Shown here: positions 45,962 through 58,310 of the stretch, one piece after another
Position numbering within the stretch: the first letter of the stretch is position 1
How the letters are laid out: each line of letters starts with the position of its first letter
From: Carpediemonas membranifera BICM
Lineage: Eukaryota; Protista; Fornicata
Assembly (NCBI GenBank): GCA_019828565.1
Contig: JAHDYR010000014.1
Span: 124,001-188,000, forward strand
DNA: 64,000 bases
Reading direction: 5' to 3'
Program-made: the position numbers and the translations under genes
Notes under the pieces: model-generated
Databases searched by the model: none
The model's input: only the letters and a program-made list of their open reading frames with translations
Told to the model about the DNA's origin: nothing

Positions 45962-48826
45962 ATGTTGATCGCAATACTGGGTGCTCTTGTTGCTGCCGTG
46001 TGTGCCGATAACGTGTTTACACCGCTAAACACCCTCATGGACGACACACTCTTTGCAGCTATGCAGAATCTTCATATCCTCAACTACGACCTGAAGGGAT
46101 GGTTCTTGGACAACGCCTTCAACCTCACTAACTCTACCGTGTACTCTAAGATCCCGGACTACACCGTCACGGACTCCACCTCGTTCCTCTACAGCCCCAG
46201 ACCCGAGACCTCGCTCTCGGACCTGAACAACGTGCCCTCCTTCGCCGTCTGGCTGGCTGTCTGCCTCCTCATTGCCATTGCATTGATCTTCATCTTGTGC
46301 TGCGCGGCGTGCTGCATCGAGTGCTTCACGCTCCCCAAGTTGCCCCGTCCCCGCTTCCCACTCCCAGTTCGCGGCCTCATCTGGCAGTGCCAGTGCTGTT
46401 CGGGCTGCGCTGTCGGTGCCTGCATGATAATTATCGCCGGCACCCTGCTGTGGCTCGTGGCGAGCACGCAGTACGCTCTCTCAACGCGCCCGTACGGTGT
46501 CGCTGTGTCGGCCAAGAGCTCGGTGCTCGACAACATCGACGGCATGGTGCGCGCGATCCAGCTGCTGCCTGAGGCGTCCGACGCGCTTCGGTACATCAAA
46601 CCGACCGACGCCATCAACGTGCTCGCCCCTCAGTTCCAGTGCATGGACTATGTTGCCTCGAACCTGACTGGCGTGTCGACCGCCGTAGTCGACCTCAACG
46701 ACACCCTGAATGACTTAGAGACGAACATGTCTGAGCTGAACAACACGATCGATACGTTCAGGACGGACGTCGCGGCCATCTCGACCGATTACGACACCAC
46801 CATTTATGTTCCTGGCATCGGGACCGACCTGCACACGCCACTGAACACTGTCTATGACACCATCAACTCGCTCGACCTGACGACAGTCCGGCAGAACGTC
46901 ACCGACGTCGTCGAGGAGAAGAGCAAGATCCGACACATCGAGGCGGCCAGCGTCCTCATCTCGCTCGGCCTCGGCACCGCGCTCAACCGCACAACGAACA
47001 CGCTCGGTTCGCTGGCGTGGCTCGCGACTGAGACGCCCGCAGGCCTCCTCAACAAGGCTGCATCCCTCGGCGTTCCCTCCACGATCACCGAATTCGCAAA
47101 CTCGGTCATTGAGACGCCCGAGACGGTGACTGGGCCTGGCATCGTCGTGACCGCGGTCGTCCTCGGCATCCTCCTGCTGGCGGCCGTCTGCTGCATCTCC
47201 GCCTGCTGCTCGGGCGGGCTGCTCGGCGGCTGCAAGTGCACGTGGTGCATGAACATACAGTCGTGCTGCGTCTTCCTCATAACGGGCGTGCTCATTATCG
47301 CTGTCGGCGGCTCCGTCCCTGCGCTGAAGGTGGCCTCGCTGACTTGCAACAACGGCAAGATGTGGACGGCCGACCTCTTCTCCGGCCTGATCGGCATGCA
47401 GGGCCTGTCTGACCTCATCAAAGAGTACGCCGGCATAGATACGACGATCTCTATCGACGCGGTCAAGATTGCCGACATGATGACTTGCAGCGACGCGTCC
47501 ATCTCGACCATCTTCAACCCGGCGTACCTCTCGACTGTTAACGTTGAGCAGAAGATCACAGACTTGCTGTCCGACTTTATTTCGACCAGCGGCACGATTC
47601 CTTCTCTCGCGGACAGCGCGACATTCGCCGACTACTTCCGGACCTTCAACGAGACGGAGTTCCTCGAATCTTTCGGGGTCAACGCAGAGATCGTCAAGCA
47701 GCTGAACGCGTCAATCGACGAGGTCGTGACTGATATCCAGAACATGCAGTCGGACGCGACCGGCGAGACCGACATTAATCTTGCCGATAGTGGTCTTAAC
47801 ATCACAACCGTGAAGACCAACGTCACTGACAGCAAGACCGACGTCGCCGACGATGCAACATTCGGCTGGAACCAGACCGCAGCTGACGAGGGTGTGAGCG
47901 ACTTCAACGACGCCATCTCCGACTTGTACACCGCCTACTGCGGGTCCACCGACTTCTGTACTGCCTGTACGACGGAGAAGACCAACTTTGACGGCAATGC
48001 GATGAGCTGGGGCGCCGATGAGCTGACCAACCTCAACTACGCGAGCCCCTTGGTTGATTGTATCCACGATAGCACGTCCCCGCCTGACACGACGGATTTG
48101 AGCAACGCAATTGCTGCACTCCAGGACCTCAGCGACGTGTTTGGGTTGATTCAGCAGGTACAAATAGATCTAGATGCGATCTTTGATGATCTCCTGACAA
48201 CGTTGACTTCCCTTGACAATCAGATCACCAACGTCAACGACAACCTCCGGCCCGACCTCATTGACGCCATCGCCGAGCTCAACAACTCGCTTGAAGTCAT
48301 TGACACCCAGGGCATGTCCGACGTCATTACCAACAACCTCGAGACGGCGCTGGGCGTCATCACCATTCGCATGTCCAATGTCTCTGTCGCCGCTGACCAG
48401 GCCTCAGAATGCTCAGTTGTTGGCGACGTCGCCGGAATCGTCAGCGATGGCCTGTGCGAGACGAGCCGCGGCTGGAGCAACGTCTTGTTCCTGCTGCTGG
48501 TCGGCCTGGCGCTGATGAGCATGGCCCACTGCCTCTCCACCTGCTGTGCCGCGAGATTCATCGACCACAAGCCCAAGAAAAAGAAGAACAAGAAGAAGAA
48601 GCAGGAAGACGAGGCGCTCGACCAGCCCCTCATGGGCAGCCAGGCTGTCGGGAATGAAGGCTCCATGGACCCAATTACACCTCCCCTCCAGAGTGCAGCC
48701 CACCCCTTCTACGAACGGCCGGTGATGGAGATGCCCGTTAAGCGTATGGGGGTTTCCGAGGCTAGGGCTGGTCGTCGTGGGAAGATGCCGCCGTCCCTTG
48801 GTAAGTCGGGTCTGCCCCGCTATTAA
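45962..48826 (+). CDS. Prominin-like multi-pass membrane glycoprotein
   Basis: Signal peptide, Cys-rich TM pairs, two large helical extracellular loops with many N-x-S/T sites, basic cytoplasmic tail. Confidence 0.55.
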   Translation: MLIAILGALVAAVCADNVFTPLNTLMDDTLFAAMQNLHILNYDLKGWFLDNAFNLTNSTVYSKIPDYTVTDSTSFLYSPRPETSLSDLNNVPSFAVWLAVCLLIAIALIFILCCAACCIECFTLPKLPRPRFPLPVRGLIWQCQCCSGCAVGACMIIIAGTLLWLVASTQYALSTRPYGVAVSAKSSVLDNIDGMVRAIQLLPEASDALRYIKPTDAINVLAPQFQCMDYVASNLTGVSTAVVDLNDTLNDLETNMSELNNTIDTFRTDVAAISTDYDTTIYVPGIGTDLHTPLNTVYDTINSLDLTTVRQNVTDVVEEKSKIRHIEAASVLISLGLGTALNRTTNTLGSLAWLATETPAGLLNKAASLGVPSTITEFANSVIETPETVTGPGIVVTAVVLGILLLAAVCCISACCSGGLLGGCKCTWCMNIQSCCVFLITGVLIIAVGGSVPALKVASLTCNNGKMWTADLFSGLIGMQGLSDLIKEYAGIDTTISIDAVKIADMMTCSDASISTIFNPAYLSTVNVEQKITDLLSDFISTSGTIPSLADSATFADYFRTFNETEFLESFGVNAEIVKQLNASIDEVVTDIQNMQSDATGETDINLADSGLNITTVKTNVTDSKTDVADDATFGWNQTAADEGVSDFNDAISDLYTAYCGSTDFCTACTTEKTNFDGNAMSWGADELTNLNYASPLVDCIHDSTSPPDTTDLSNAIAALQDLSDVFGLIQQVQIDLDAIFDDLLTTLTSLDNQITNVNDNLRPDLIDAIAELNNSLEVIDTQGMSDVITNNLETALGVITIRMSNVSVAADQASECSVVGDVAGIVSDGLCETSRGWSNVLFLLLVGLALMSMAHCLSTCCAARFIDHKPKKKKNKKKKQEDEALDQPLMGSQAVGNEGSMDPITPPLQSAAHPFYERPVMEMPVKRMGVSEARAGRRGKMPPSLGKSGLPRY

Positions 48827-48924
48827 TATTGTATCTGCTCTATGTAAATGCCATCTGATAACCTTTATGCGGCTGTCGGATGGCAACAGTTTAATCCATC
48901 ACCCTGGCCCTTGGTCTCGTTTCG

Positions 48925-49842
48925 ATGAATCAGCCTCAGTCGAGCCGAGCAGCAGCGCACCAAGGTCCGGTACTCACGTCTCACACCTGCACACTCTCAC
49001 ACGGATGGCAAAGCTGCACCAACGACCTTTTCAATTCAATGACCCCAAAATCAAGCGCCGTCATCGCTGAAATAGCATGCACGACGCGAAAGACACTAAG
49101 CTATTCAGCAGAATTTCTTTACATCGTGGCGAAATTGCTTGTAGCGGCCCTTCGCCTTTGTGGCGTTCCCATTTGGATTGGGGAACAGTACAAGCAGAAT
49201 ACAAGCAATATCGAGATATGTGACATACAAATGCAGACTGACGATGCTGTTGAGGAGATTCCGCCTTCAATTTCTCCTTTGACCGATCAGCCCGTCGCTG
49301 ACGATGATGGCAAACTCGATCCCGTTGAAATGCTGGCCGAAGCACACGCGCAGGTCACCCGGCTGACGCTTGTTGTAGCTATTGAGCTCTCCCTCGCCAT
49401 CACTCGCCGCGTCTCTGGCGACATCCCGACGCTGCTCCGTGTAGCGTACGAACGCCAGTACGGCGGGGCAGTTCCAACCACCGCTAAGCCCATTGACTGC
49501 TCTGCTGGTCGCTTGGATGAGCTTGCCTTCACACTATCATGGATAACTCTACCCAATCCTGCGGCCGCCGAACTCCTGGCCCAAGCTGTGGCATGGCTAG
49601 AACGGGCGACTTCAGAAGAAGGTGGGAGCAGTCAGTTATGTGCCCCCGTGGGCCTCCACTCGCTGCCCCAGGCGACCGTCTGGGCGATATTGACTCAAGC
49701 CGGGGCTACCACAGAGTTCATGAACAAGATGCCCGACCACAGTGGTGTGGGCGATCACCAGTTAACGAGCAGCCTCTGGTTCATGAATAAGAAGTGCTAC
49801 TTTACTCACAACCCGAATGGGAGTGTCTACCTGCAGAAATAG
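48925..49842 (+). CDS. Hypothetical protein
   Basis: 305-aa ORF with no recognised motif. Start uncertain. Confidence 0.35.
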   Translation: MNQPQSSRAAAHQGPVLTSHTCTLSHGWQSCTNDLFNSMTPKSSAVIAEIACTTRKTLSYSAEFLYIVAKLLVAALRLCGVPIWIGEQYKQNTSNIEICDIQMQTDDAVEEIPPSISPLTDQPVADDDGKLDPVEMLAEAHAQVTRLTLVVAIELSLAITRRVSGDIPTLLRVAYERQYGGAVPTTAKPIDCSAGRLDELAFTLSWITLPNPAAAELLAQAVAWLERATSEEGGSSQLCAPVGLHSLPQATVWAILTQAGATTEFMNKMPDHSGVGDHQLTSSLWFMNKKCYFTHNPNGSVYLQK

Positions 49843-49974
49843 ACAGGGAAAGATAGTAACCACTCAACTCTGCATCTACCGTGTGGATGGCATAGATATA
49901 AACGTGTTACGACTGCAAAATCTCGAGATTTTGGAGAGGTGCGTTGAATTCATCACTTGGCTGCCTCAGGCTGA

Positions 49975-51330
49975 ATGCACAAGGCAACGAAATTCACTTC
50001 ACAGTTTCTCTCGGTTGGAAATCCTGCACTTAAGGAGCCAATGAACACCTCATTGCGGATTCTGACGTTTAATCTTTGGGCCCCATGCTACAATCGCCGA
50101 TCTTTGAACGGAAGGCTTGAAAGCACATGCAAGGAAAGCTATGGTCGTCGGTTTAATCTCATTTGCGACCTACTGAAGGAAAGCAAGTTCGATATTGCCT
50201 GTCTACAAGAGTTCTGGTTCCATCCGACCTCGAGAGACATATTTACTGCCAGGCTTGGCGCCACGCACCACATGTACTTCCATCAGCGAGCGAATAGGGC
50301 CGATGGGCTGCTAACCTTAGTGAAGAAGCAGACCTCCACCGCCTTTATGGACTCGGAGCCTGGCTTTGAGGACGTCTACGGTCCCGAGACACGGTCAGCC
50401 CACCGCATGAAGGAAGTCCAGCATTCTGGCCCCCCTATCTCAGTGAGGGCTGTGAAGAAGGTATTCATGCCCCCTAACAATGCGAGGATATGTCTGATTC
50501 TTGTTCTTGAAGTGTTCGGGCAGCCTTTTGTCGTGGCGAACACCCACCTACAGTATCCGGGAATGCTACCTGACGATATATTGAGATTTAGACAGATACG
50601 AATCATCCTGAAAGAGCTACGCCGCGTGATACTCGACCATAACCTCCAGTTCGCCCCCGTCATCCTCTGCGGTGACATGAACGGGCGAGACAACGACGCT
50701 GCACTCAAACAACTCCGGGGACAGTACCTCCTGCGGGGTTTCACACTCCCCCGCAACCTGAGACTGCAGCCGACGTTGAAGATTGTCAAATCACACAGCG
50801 GTCCAGGCCGTGACACTGTGGTGACGCATTGTGACCACACCGGCGCCCAGGTTGGCGTTGACTACATCTTCTACAGCCGCGTGGACAAGCGGGGCGGGTC
50901 CTCTACCCCCAGCACGCCGATCCACACGACTGATACGACGTTTAGCCGCAGATACGGCATCCAGTCGATCGATGAGACTGCTGCGGTCGAGCATGCGCTT
51001 GACAGCGACCTTGAGCTGGGCTATGAGAGCTCGTTCATCGCCGAGGAGCCCCCCGTCCTCAACATCACTGCGGACATGTTTATGAGAGCTTCAGTCGAGT
51101 CATCATCCAACACCCCGAGTCACTCACCCCGGATCGAGCGGGTCGGCACCCCTGTTCGGCACCGCAAGAGCGGGACTTATGGCCGTAAGAGGGGCAAGAT
51201 GGTCCTCATCCCGAAGAAGACGGTGGTCTTGCCCGAGGAGGTTGGGTGGGGTGTTTGGCCGGACGGGCAGCACTGGAGTCTCAGTGACCATAGACCGCTG
51301 ATGTCTGAGTTTGATATTGAGTTCAGGTGA
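49975..51330 (+). CDS. Endonuclease/exonuclease/phosphatase (EEP) family protein
   Basis: ILTFNL, ACLQEFW, NTHL, CGDMN, VDYIF, SDHRPL. Confidence 0.85.
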   Translation: MHKATKFTSQFLSVGNPALKEPMNTSLRILTFNLWAPCYNRRSLNGRLESTCKESYGRRFNLICDLLKESKFDIACLQEFWFHPTSRDIFTARLGATHHMYFHQRANRADGLLTLVKKQTSTAFMDSEPGFEDVYGPETRSAHRMKEVQHSGPPISVRAVKKVFMPPNNARICLILVLEVFGQPFVVANTHLQYPGMLPDDILRFRQIRIILKELRRVILDHNLQFAPVILCGDMNGRDNDAALKQLRGQYLLRGFTLPRNLRLQPTLKIVKSHSGPGRDTVVTHCDHTGAQVGVDYIFYSRVDKRGGSSTPSTPIHTTDTTFSRRYGIQSIDETAAVEHALDSDLELGYESSFIAEEPPVLNITADMFMRASVESSSNTPSHSPRIERVGTPVRHRKSGTYGRKRGKMVLIPKKTVVLPEEVGWGVWPDGQHWSLSDHRPLMSEFDIEFR

Positions 51331-51719
51331 ACTTGAAGCTGGTTGGGAGTGATAATTACAGTAAATGAAACCTGGTCGATGATTGGTCAGTGTATGTGGG
51401 TGTATAGACCAGGTCGGATCTACACAGGCCTGAGGAATAGTTCAAATCGGTTGGAGTCGGGAGTCGGGTCGGGCCGCCTGTAGCTGGTATAGCACCAACT
51501 CAACTGTCCTCTAACCTCCACTTCGCAGTCTCCAGGGGGAGTGTGAGAACGGATGGCAGAGCACATGCAACTCTCCTTCGCCGCGACCTGGACTGCTTGG
51601 TTGTATTGACCTTGGTTTAACGAACAGTGCCGGAGTGAGGCAGTAATGGCGGCTGTATTTAGCCACTCTGGCCAGTCAGATGTGTAATAATTAAACTTTA
51701 TGTGCATGAAACCGATAAC

Positions 51720-54700
51720 TTATCTAACAAGGTAGCTCTGGAGCAGGTTGAGTGACCCGCTGTAGCTCATCAGGTGGCGGAAGATGGCCCTGAGGCCGAT
51801 AGTGTAGACCGCAGCAATGAATGCGCACGTGATGATGGCTGCAACAATCATGACAACTTCGTTGAAGCTCACAAGGAGGTCCATGCGATCGTACCTGTTG
51901 TTGAACATCTCATTGGCACCCGAGGCGACGGCATAAGTCTCCTTCAGGACGGGGATCAGAGTGGCGCTGCGGTCCGAGTCGCTGGAGAGGACAGAGGTCG
52001 ACTCGAACCGGGTCAGCGTGGCCGTGTACTGGGCGATCTGGGGCGACAGGCCGTCCACAAAGGCGCCAGCGAAGACGAAGTCTAGGTACCCGGCGTTGAA
52101 CGCGTCGAAGACAGAGCTCTCAAGCTCGGAGATCTCCTCCGCCAGCATGTTGGGGTGGACGCTGGCCGGGTACTCGTAGCTGAGGGCGGCGCGGGTGCCG
52201 GACTTCAGCAGGAGGGAGTCGGTCTTGGCCGTGTTAGAGACGAAGACGTAGACCCTGTATATGGCCACGAATGCTCCCATGATGGACGAGGCGCAGAATA
52301 CCGTCAGCACAGTGACGGAGAGAAGCAGCCCGACGCCTGCGATGAAGTCGGACCGGAGGGTGCGGTTGAGCACCTGCTTCTGATGGTGCTTGGAGTCCTG
52401 GCCGCGCTTGGCGATGGAGCGGGTGAACGCAGCCGTGGTGAACAGCGGGAGCAGCACGAAGGTGACTACACCCAGCACGGGGATAACGAGCACGATTGAG
52501 GCAATCGTAGCGAATCTACGAATATCGTACGCCTGCTCGAGTGTGTCAAGGATATCGTCGCGGTAGTCCGTGTAGATCCCAGCACACCAAACAACAACGT
52601 TATGGTAGTCAGCGTATGTGACGGGGTCCGTGAGGCAAAGGGACTCGGCCATGGCCTGCTTCTCGGCGTCAGACCGGGCAAGGTCATACGTCTCGTTCGT
52701 AAAGCGGCCTGGGGCGGAGGCCCGCTCGGTCGGGTCGCTCGAGTTCCAGGTGTAGGTGTCGATGACCGCGTTCTCGATCGTGTGGCCATTGACACTGGCC
52801 GCGAGTCTCGTGGCGATGTACATGTCCTGGACAAACCTGGCGTGTGAGATCTTGCCCATAGCAAAGGCCTCAGTCCCTGTGGCGTCTGCCCCAAGAGTGT
52901 AGAGCTTGGCAGTGGTGGCCAGCATCTTGGTGACCGCGGCGTCGAGGTCAGCGAGCACACCTTCGTCTGCTGTGTAGACGTACTTCTGGACGAGGTGCAT
53001 GATGACCTGGTCCATATCGATCACCCCCTCGAGCACGGAGCTCAGCTCGGCCGCGTCAGTGGCGAGTGTGTCTGGGTCGGTAGCCTCAAGAACATAAACT
53101 CTGATTGCCATATTGAGCATGATGCCCGAGCAGGCGATGGCGAGGCAGAGCAGTGATACAAGGGAGATGCGCCTGGCGGCTGAGTTACGAAGCATCGCGG
53201 GCCTGGCACCATTGAGGATGACAGGCATCATGGCGACGATAGTAACACCGATGATGGTAACGAAGAGAATGATGTTCGTCGTCTGACTATGGGCATTGAT
53301 GAGGTCATCGATGGCGTCAGTGAGCATCGCTGGGATCTCGTACATCTGATCCATGATATCCGTGTAGATCTCGCTGACCTTGTCGTCGAACAGGATGGCC
53401 TGGGCGAGGGCGAGCTGGTCTGCCGCGGCGAGTGTGGTGGTGTCGGAGGTCTTGTTGGTGTACCAGACCGACCGGGAGTACTCCTCGACGTCGTGGGCGT
53501 AGTAGGTCTCGCCCGTGTAGTTCCAGTCGACGCTGAGGCCCGTGGTGATGTCGCTGGTGAACCCGTGGCCGTACGCCGCGATGCTGACGGCGACGTCCAT
53601 GTAGTACAAAAGCTGCTGCTTGAGGGTCTGCGCCGTGACCATCTCATCGCTCATCCACATCTTAGGCACGAACTCATAGAAATCCCAACCCATCTCGAGG
53701 GTTGCCGCGGCATTGTGGCGAGTGATATAGGCATCGAGCCTCGCGGTCGATCCGTCCATAGCGAACCCGGCGACCTCCATGTGATTGTAACCAAAGGCCC
53801 CGGCAAATTGGATGGTGGCCATGTCGAGGAGGGTCAGGATCGAGTCCTCGTTGGTCGTCAGTTCCGACTGAAGGAGGGTCGAGTAAATGACGTAGCCGGT
53901 CAACAGCACGATGGCGGCCATGAGGCCAATGACGCCGAATACAGACCAGGCGAGATGAGCCGCACCCATGGCGACTGTGGTCTTGCCCTGCTTCCCGCGA
54001 GGCATGTCCCGTTTGAACTTGAGGATGGCCTTAGTGACAAGGTTGGCTGACGGTGGCTTGTCCTCGTCGGTCGCGGGCTCATCGGCGGTCATGAAGCCAT
54101 CCGTAAGGTCGCTGCCGCTGCTCTCTTCTGCGGCCATCTCGAAGGCGGACTTGACGTTGGGGACCTGCTCAACCTCCTGGAAAGCGATGCGGACCTTGCG
54201 GGTGTCAGTGGTGGTGTCGGCGATCTCATCGCTGTCGTCGCCCTCGTCGAGGCGGGCGGCCTGGCTTACCGACAGTTGCTTCTTGGTGATGTAATCATCG
54301 TCGTCCACGTTGTCGAGCTCGTCATTGAGGTCCTCCTGGAGGTCCTGGTCGAAATCAAGCACGTCGATGTCCTTGAACTTCGACTTGGCCATGCCGACCA
54401 GCCGCATCTGACGACGGACCTGAGCCCTTGAGACGGAGAGGCAGTTGGTCAGCGAGACGTCGCAGGAGACCACCTCCGCGATAAAGCTGCGGAAGATGAT
54501 CCAGAAGACCAAGATAACGGTCAGCGCCAGCTGGGTTACAATCAGCAGGATCAGCGAGATCGCGGCGACATATATCATATTCAGGATAGAGTCGTGATCG
54601 AGTCTCTGGATCAGAGAGATGATCTCCGCAAATGAATCGAAGTTCTCGCTGACGACAGCCTGAGCATGGGCGTACAGGGTCGTCTGGTCGCCCGAAGTCA

Positions 54701-57700
54701 GGTCGGCCGGGCTGACGCTCATGGTATTGGCGATGACATCGAGCTCATTGGCGATCCCAGCAGCGATACCCCAAGTCTTCCGGGCGACGCGGGCGGGGAT
54801 GACGGGGACCTCGTCGGGCTCGTAGAAGTAGTAGTACTCGTTGCCGCCATGGTCCATGTCGATCAGGAAGTCGTGGTGGCCCTTGATGACAGTGGCTGCG
54901 GCGGAGATGGACGTCGCGAGGGGGTCGTCGAGGTCGAGTGCGTCGAGGCGCGTGTCATTGAGGTAGAGGAGGGACGAGAAGAAAGAGCCCTCCTCCACGG
55001 CGAAGCTGACGTCGTGGAGGTCCTTGGTGGCGCCCATGTCAGAGCGGAAGACCTCGGACAGGATGCAGAGGAAGGTGCAGATTATGACAATCATCATGAC
55101 ATTGATGACGGCAGCACCGATCAGCATGCGGAAGAAGGTCGACGAAGTGTTCTGCTCCACTCCGCCAGTGGCAGACGTGCCAGTGGACGAGGCGCTGAAG
55201 CTCGACCCAGAACCATCGGAGGAGACGCTCTTGTCATCATCGACAGTTTCAGTGCGGAGCTGCTGGGCGCGGGCGTGGTCCTGCATGACGGAGTCGAGGA
55301 ACAGGATGTACCACTCGCGGACGGTCGGGTTGTCCGGGTAGCGGCGGAAGAGGCGCGTGTAGAGCAGGTTGGCCTTGTTCGTCGAGATGCCGATGGTCCT
55401 GGCGTGCTTGATGATGAGCGGCAGGTCGGGGCGACGGCGAAGGAGCAGGGGCCAGAACTTGCTGACCTGGACGAGGGTGCGAAGGTGGTGGGACCTGGCC
55501 TGGGACAGCTTGCTCTGGACCTCGAGGAAGGACGCCGCGTTGTCCCTGCCGCCGAGGGTGTAGATGTGCTCCATCTGCTCGATGTAGCGGCGCATCGCGA
55601 ACTCGTACATGCTGTGGTCGAGCCTGCCGCGGGAGAGACACTCCTCGGAGATGCTCTGCAGCACGGCAGGGGCGGTGTTGATTGACGATGCACTCATGGT
55701 GGCGATGGTCAGCAGCGTGAGGCGGAGGGGCGCGGTGATGTCGGGCGAGTAGGCGACGCACGCGCGACGCAGGATCATGTTGGCACCGCCGTAGAGGTTG
55801 TTCTCGATGGCGGGGGTGATGCCGCTGAGCCCGAAGAGCTTGCGCTCGTGGTGTACGAGTGGCCGGACGCCGAGCTCAAGGTTGTTGACGGAGATGCCGG
55901 AGAGGTCGGCGATCTTGAGGTTCTTCAATGCCGTGTTGCCAACGAGCCGGACCATCTCGGCCCGGTGGCCACGCTTGAACACGCAGCGGAGCACGTTGAG
56001 CGGCTTAACGGCGGCCTTGCCCGTCTCCGAGAACATGATGGCGAAGACGAGCTCCTCGGCGTATCTCGTGCGGATGTGGAGCAGCGTGACCGTGAGGGCA
56101 GGGGCGGCGATGAGGAGGAGCGCGAGGACGGAAAGGCACCGCCGGTGGCGAGGGCGAGCGTGTCATTGTATCCGATGATGAATGCGACGGCCGACCAGAC
56201 GGACCCGGCCAGGAGGACCAGCGAGGCCAGGGCCGTGAGGGCGAGCGTGGCGGCGACGCTCTTCTGGTGCCGGCCGATGACCCAAATCGTCGAGACGGCG
56301 ATGAAGCCGAGGGAAACGAGCAGACTCGCGAGACTCATAGCGACGGCGAAGAGGCGGGCGGCAATGCGTGTGCCGTCAGACATCCCGGCATCGTCGAACT
56401 CGACTGCGCCGATGGCAGCGCCGACGAAGGCGACCGAGACATGCACGGAGAGAAGAAGCAGCTCGCGCAGGGTGTTGACGCCGACAAGGGACGGGGCGAA
56501 CGCGAAGGACATGGAGTGCAGCCCGAGGCCGGCCAGTGCGACGAAGAGCAGGAGCAGCGCCAGGACGTCGGGGATGATTTGCGTGAACGTAGAAGTCAGC
56601 TCGTCGTCGGTGTCGATGGCGTAGATGATGCGGAAGGGCGTGCGGCCGGCCAGGAAGCCGAGGGCAGGAACAGATAGGTCAGCAGCACGGTCGTCAGGCC
56701 GATGACCATGTAGCGGCCGAAGTGGCGGGCGGCGTTGAAGAGTGTCTCCTGGCCATTGTAGAGGGCGACCAGGACGAGAACTGGGCCGGCGTACTCGAGC
56801 ACGATGATGGCGAGGGGCAGGAGGACAGAGCCCCACGTCGGCACCACCGACAGGAGGGTGGGCGCCACGACGGTGATGAGGATGTTACGGATGAGCATGG
56901 CCATGTCGCTCATGGGCGCAGCGACGGAGAAGGCCGCGATGAAGGGCAGCAGGAACAAGCACATGATGCAGACGACGGACGTGAGCTTGAACCAGTCGTG
57001 CACGGCGCGGTCGGTCGGCTTCCACCAGAGAGCGTACAGCTTGGCCGCCAGGCCGCTGTTCATGATGTCGCCGATGGTGTTGCGGCCGTTGTTAATAGTA
57101 CCGGCGTCGACGCTGATCGACTGCAGCCTGGCCGCGCGCCTGGCCGCGAAGTTGCGGCTGGCTTGCTGTGACAGGAAGTTACAGATGATATGAAGGGACT
57201 CCCCCAGTAGCTGGATCTCGCCCATCGTCATTCTGCGGGTCTTACGGTAGGCCTTGACCATCTCGAGGGGAGACTGACCAATATCATCGGCGACATTGAT
57301 CATGGTCTTCGCAGTCTCGACGTTGGGGGTTGACGTAGCTACGCCGCCGATGAGGAAGGACGCTATGGCGACCCCGTCGAGTTGGATGACGCTGCCGCCG
57401 TCAGTCAGAGCACCAGTGTGGCAGAAGCCAAAGGTCGACCGATCATATGAGAGAGACCCGAACTGTTGGTCAGAGATGGCACAACGGCGTACACCCTCGT
57501 CGCTCGCCTTGACATGATCCGTGCATAGCGTTGATAGGCGGCTGGGTTCACCGATGATGTTGCCAGTCGTAGCAACGAAAGCACCGCCACATTGGCCATG
57601 TTCGGTGAACTTGTCCAGTACTAGTTGCAGTCTCTCGGGGTCAAAGAGGGTTTCCATGCTCTTCTCCGTCTGAGAAGTGTCCATCTTGTCTGGATCGTAA

Positions 57701-57786
57701 GCAAGGAACGGAGAAAGCTTTCCAACGAACTTCTGAATCATGGATGGGTTCTGAATATGGGCAAAAAGATCATCAAGCACTGCCAT
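51720..57786 (-). CDS. TmcB-like multi-pass membrane protein with an N-terminal PocR-like sensor domain
   Basis: Three ORFs join via apparent 1-bp C-run losses (about 56675 and 56135). PocR-like region LQLVLDKF...LC...RCAISD...FCHTG...DGGSVI; TPR-like YPDNPTVREWYILFL. Confidence 0.7.
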
Positions 57787-58310
57787 GAAGTCCCTATGAC
57801 GTGCTATTGTCGCTTCGGAGTAGCTGATGTTAGATCACAAAAAATTCAACTACAAACGTTTCCTGGCCTGCTCTAAGAGGCGGAGACTCGGTTGGAGGAA
57901 GTGGTTCTGCTGCAAGAGCAAGTACCTCTTCCAAATCGTTCATGTCTCCGATTGCAATGATTGTTCCTTAACCTGCATTTTTCGGAACGTCAACTTGCCT
58001 CTCTAGATTAGCGAATGAGCTTTTCGAGGAGGTATAATTGGTGAAATATCGAAACCCAGTGACCAAAATGATGTGGTAGCGTCATCGGCGGTCTGACATG
58101 CGCTGTCCATGGTGATGAGCGCAATCATCAGCAAAAACGACGGCATGATGACGGGAAGTTGTCATTGGAGATGATTAACATGCCGTTATAGCGCGAAAGC
58201 TTGTTCGCCAGGATCACGATTCCATCAATCGTCAGTGTATCTCTGCCTCAAACAAATTCAGTTGACGCTAAATCTGGCTATCGATATTTTAATAAGATAC
58301 ACAGTGAGAT

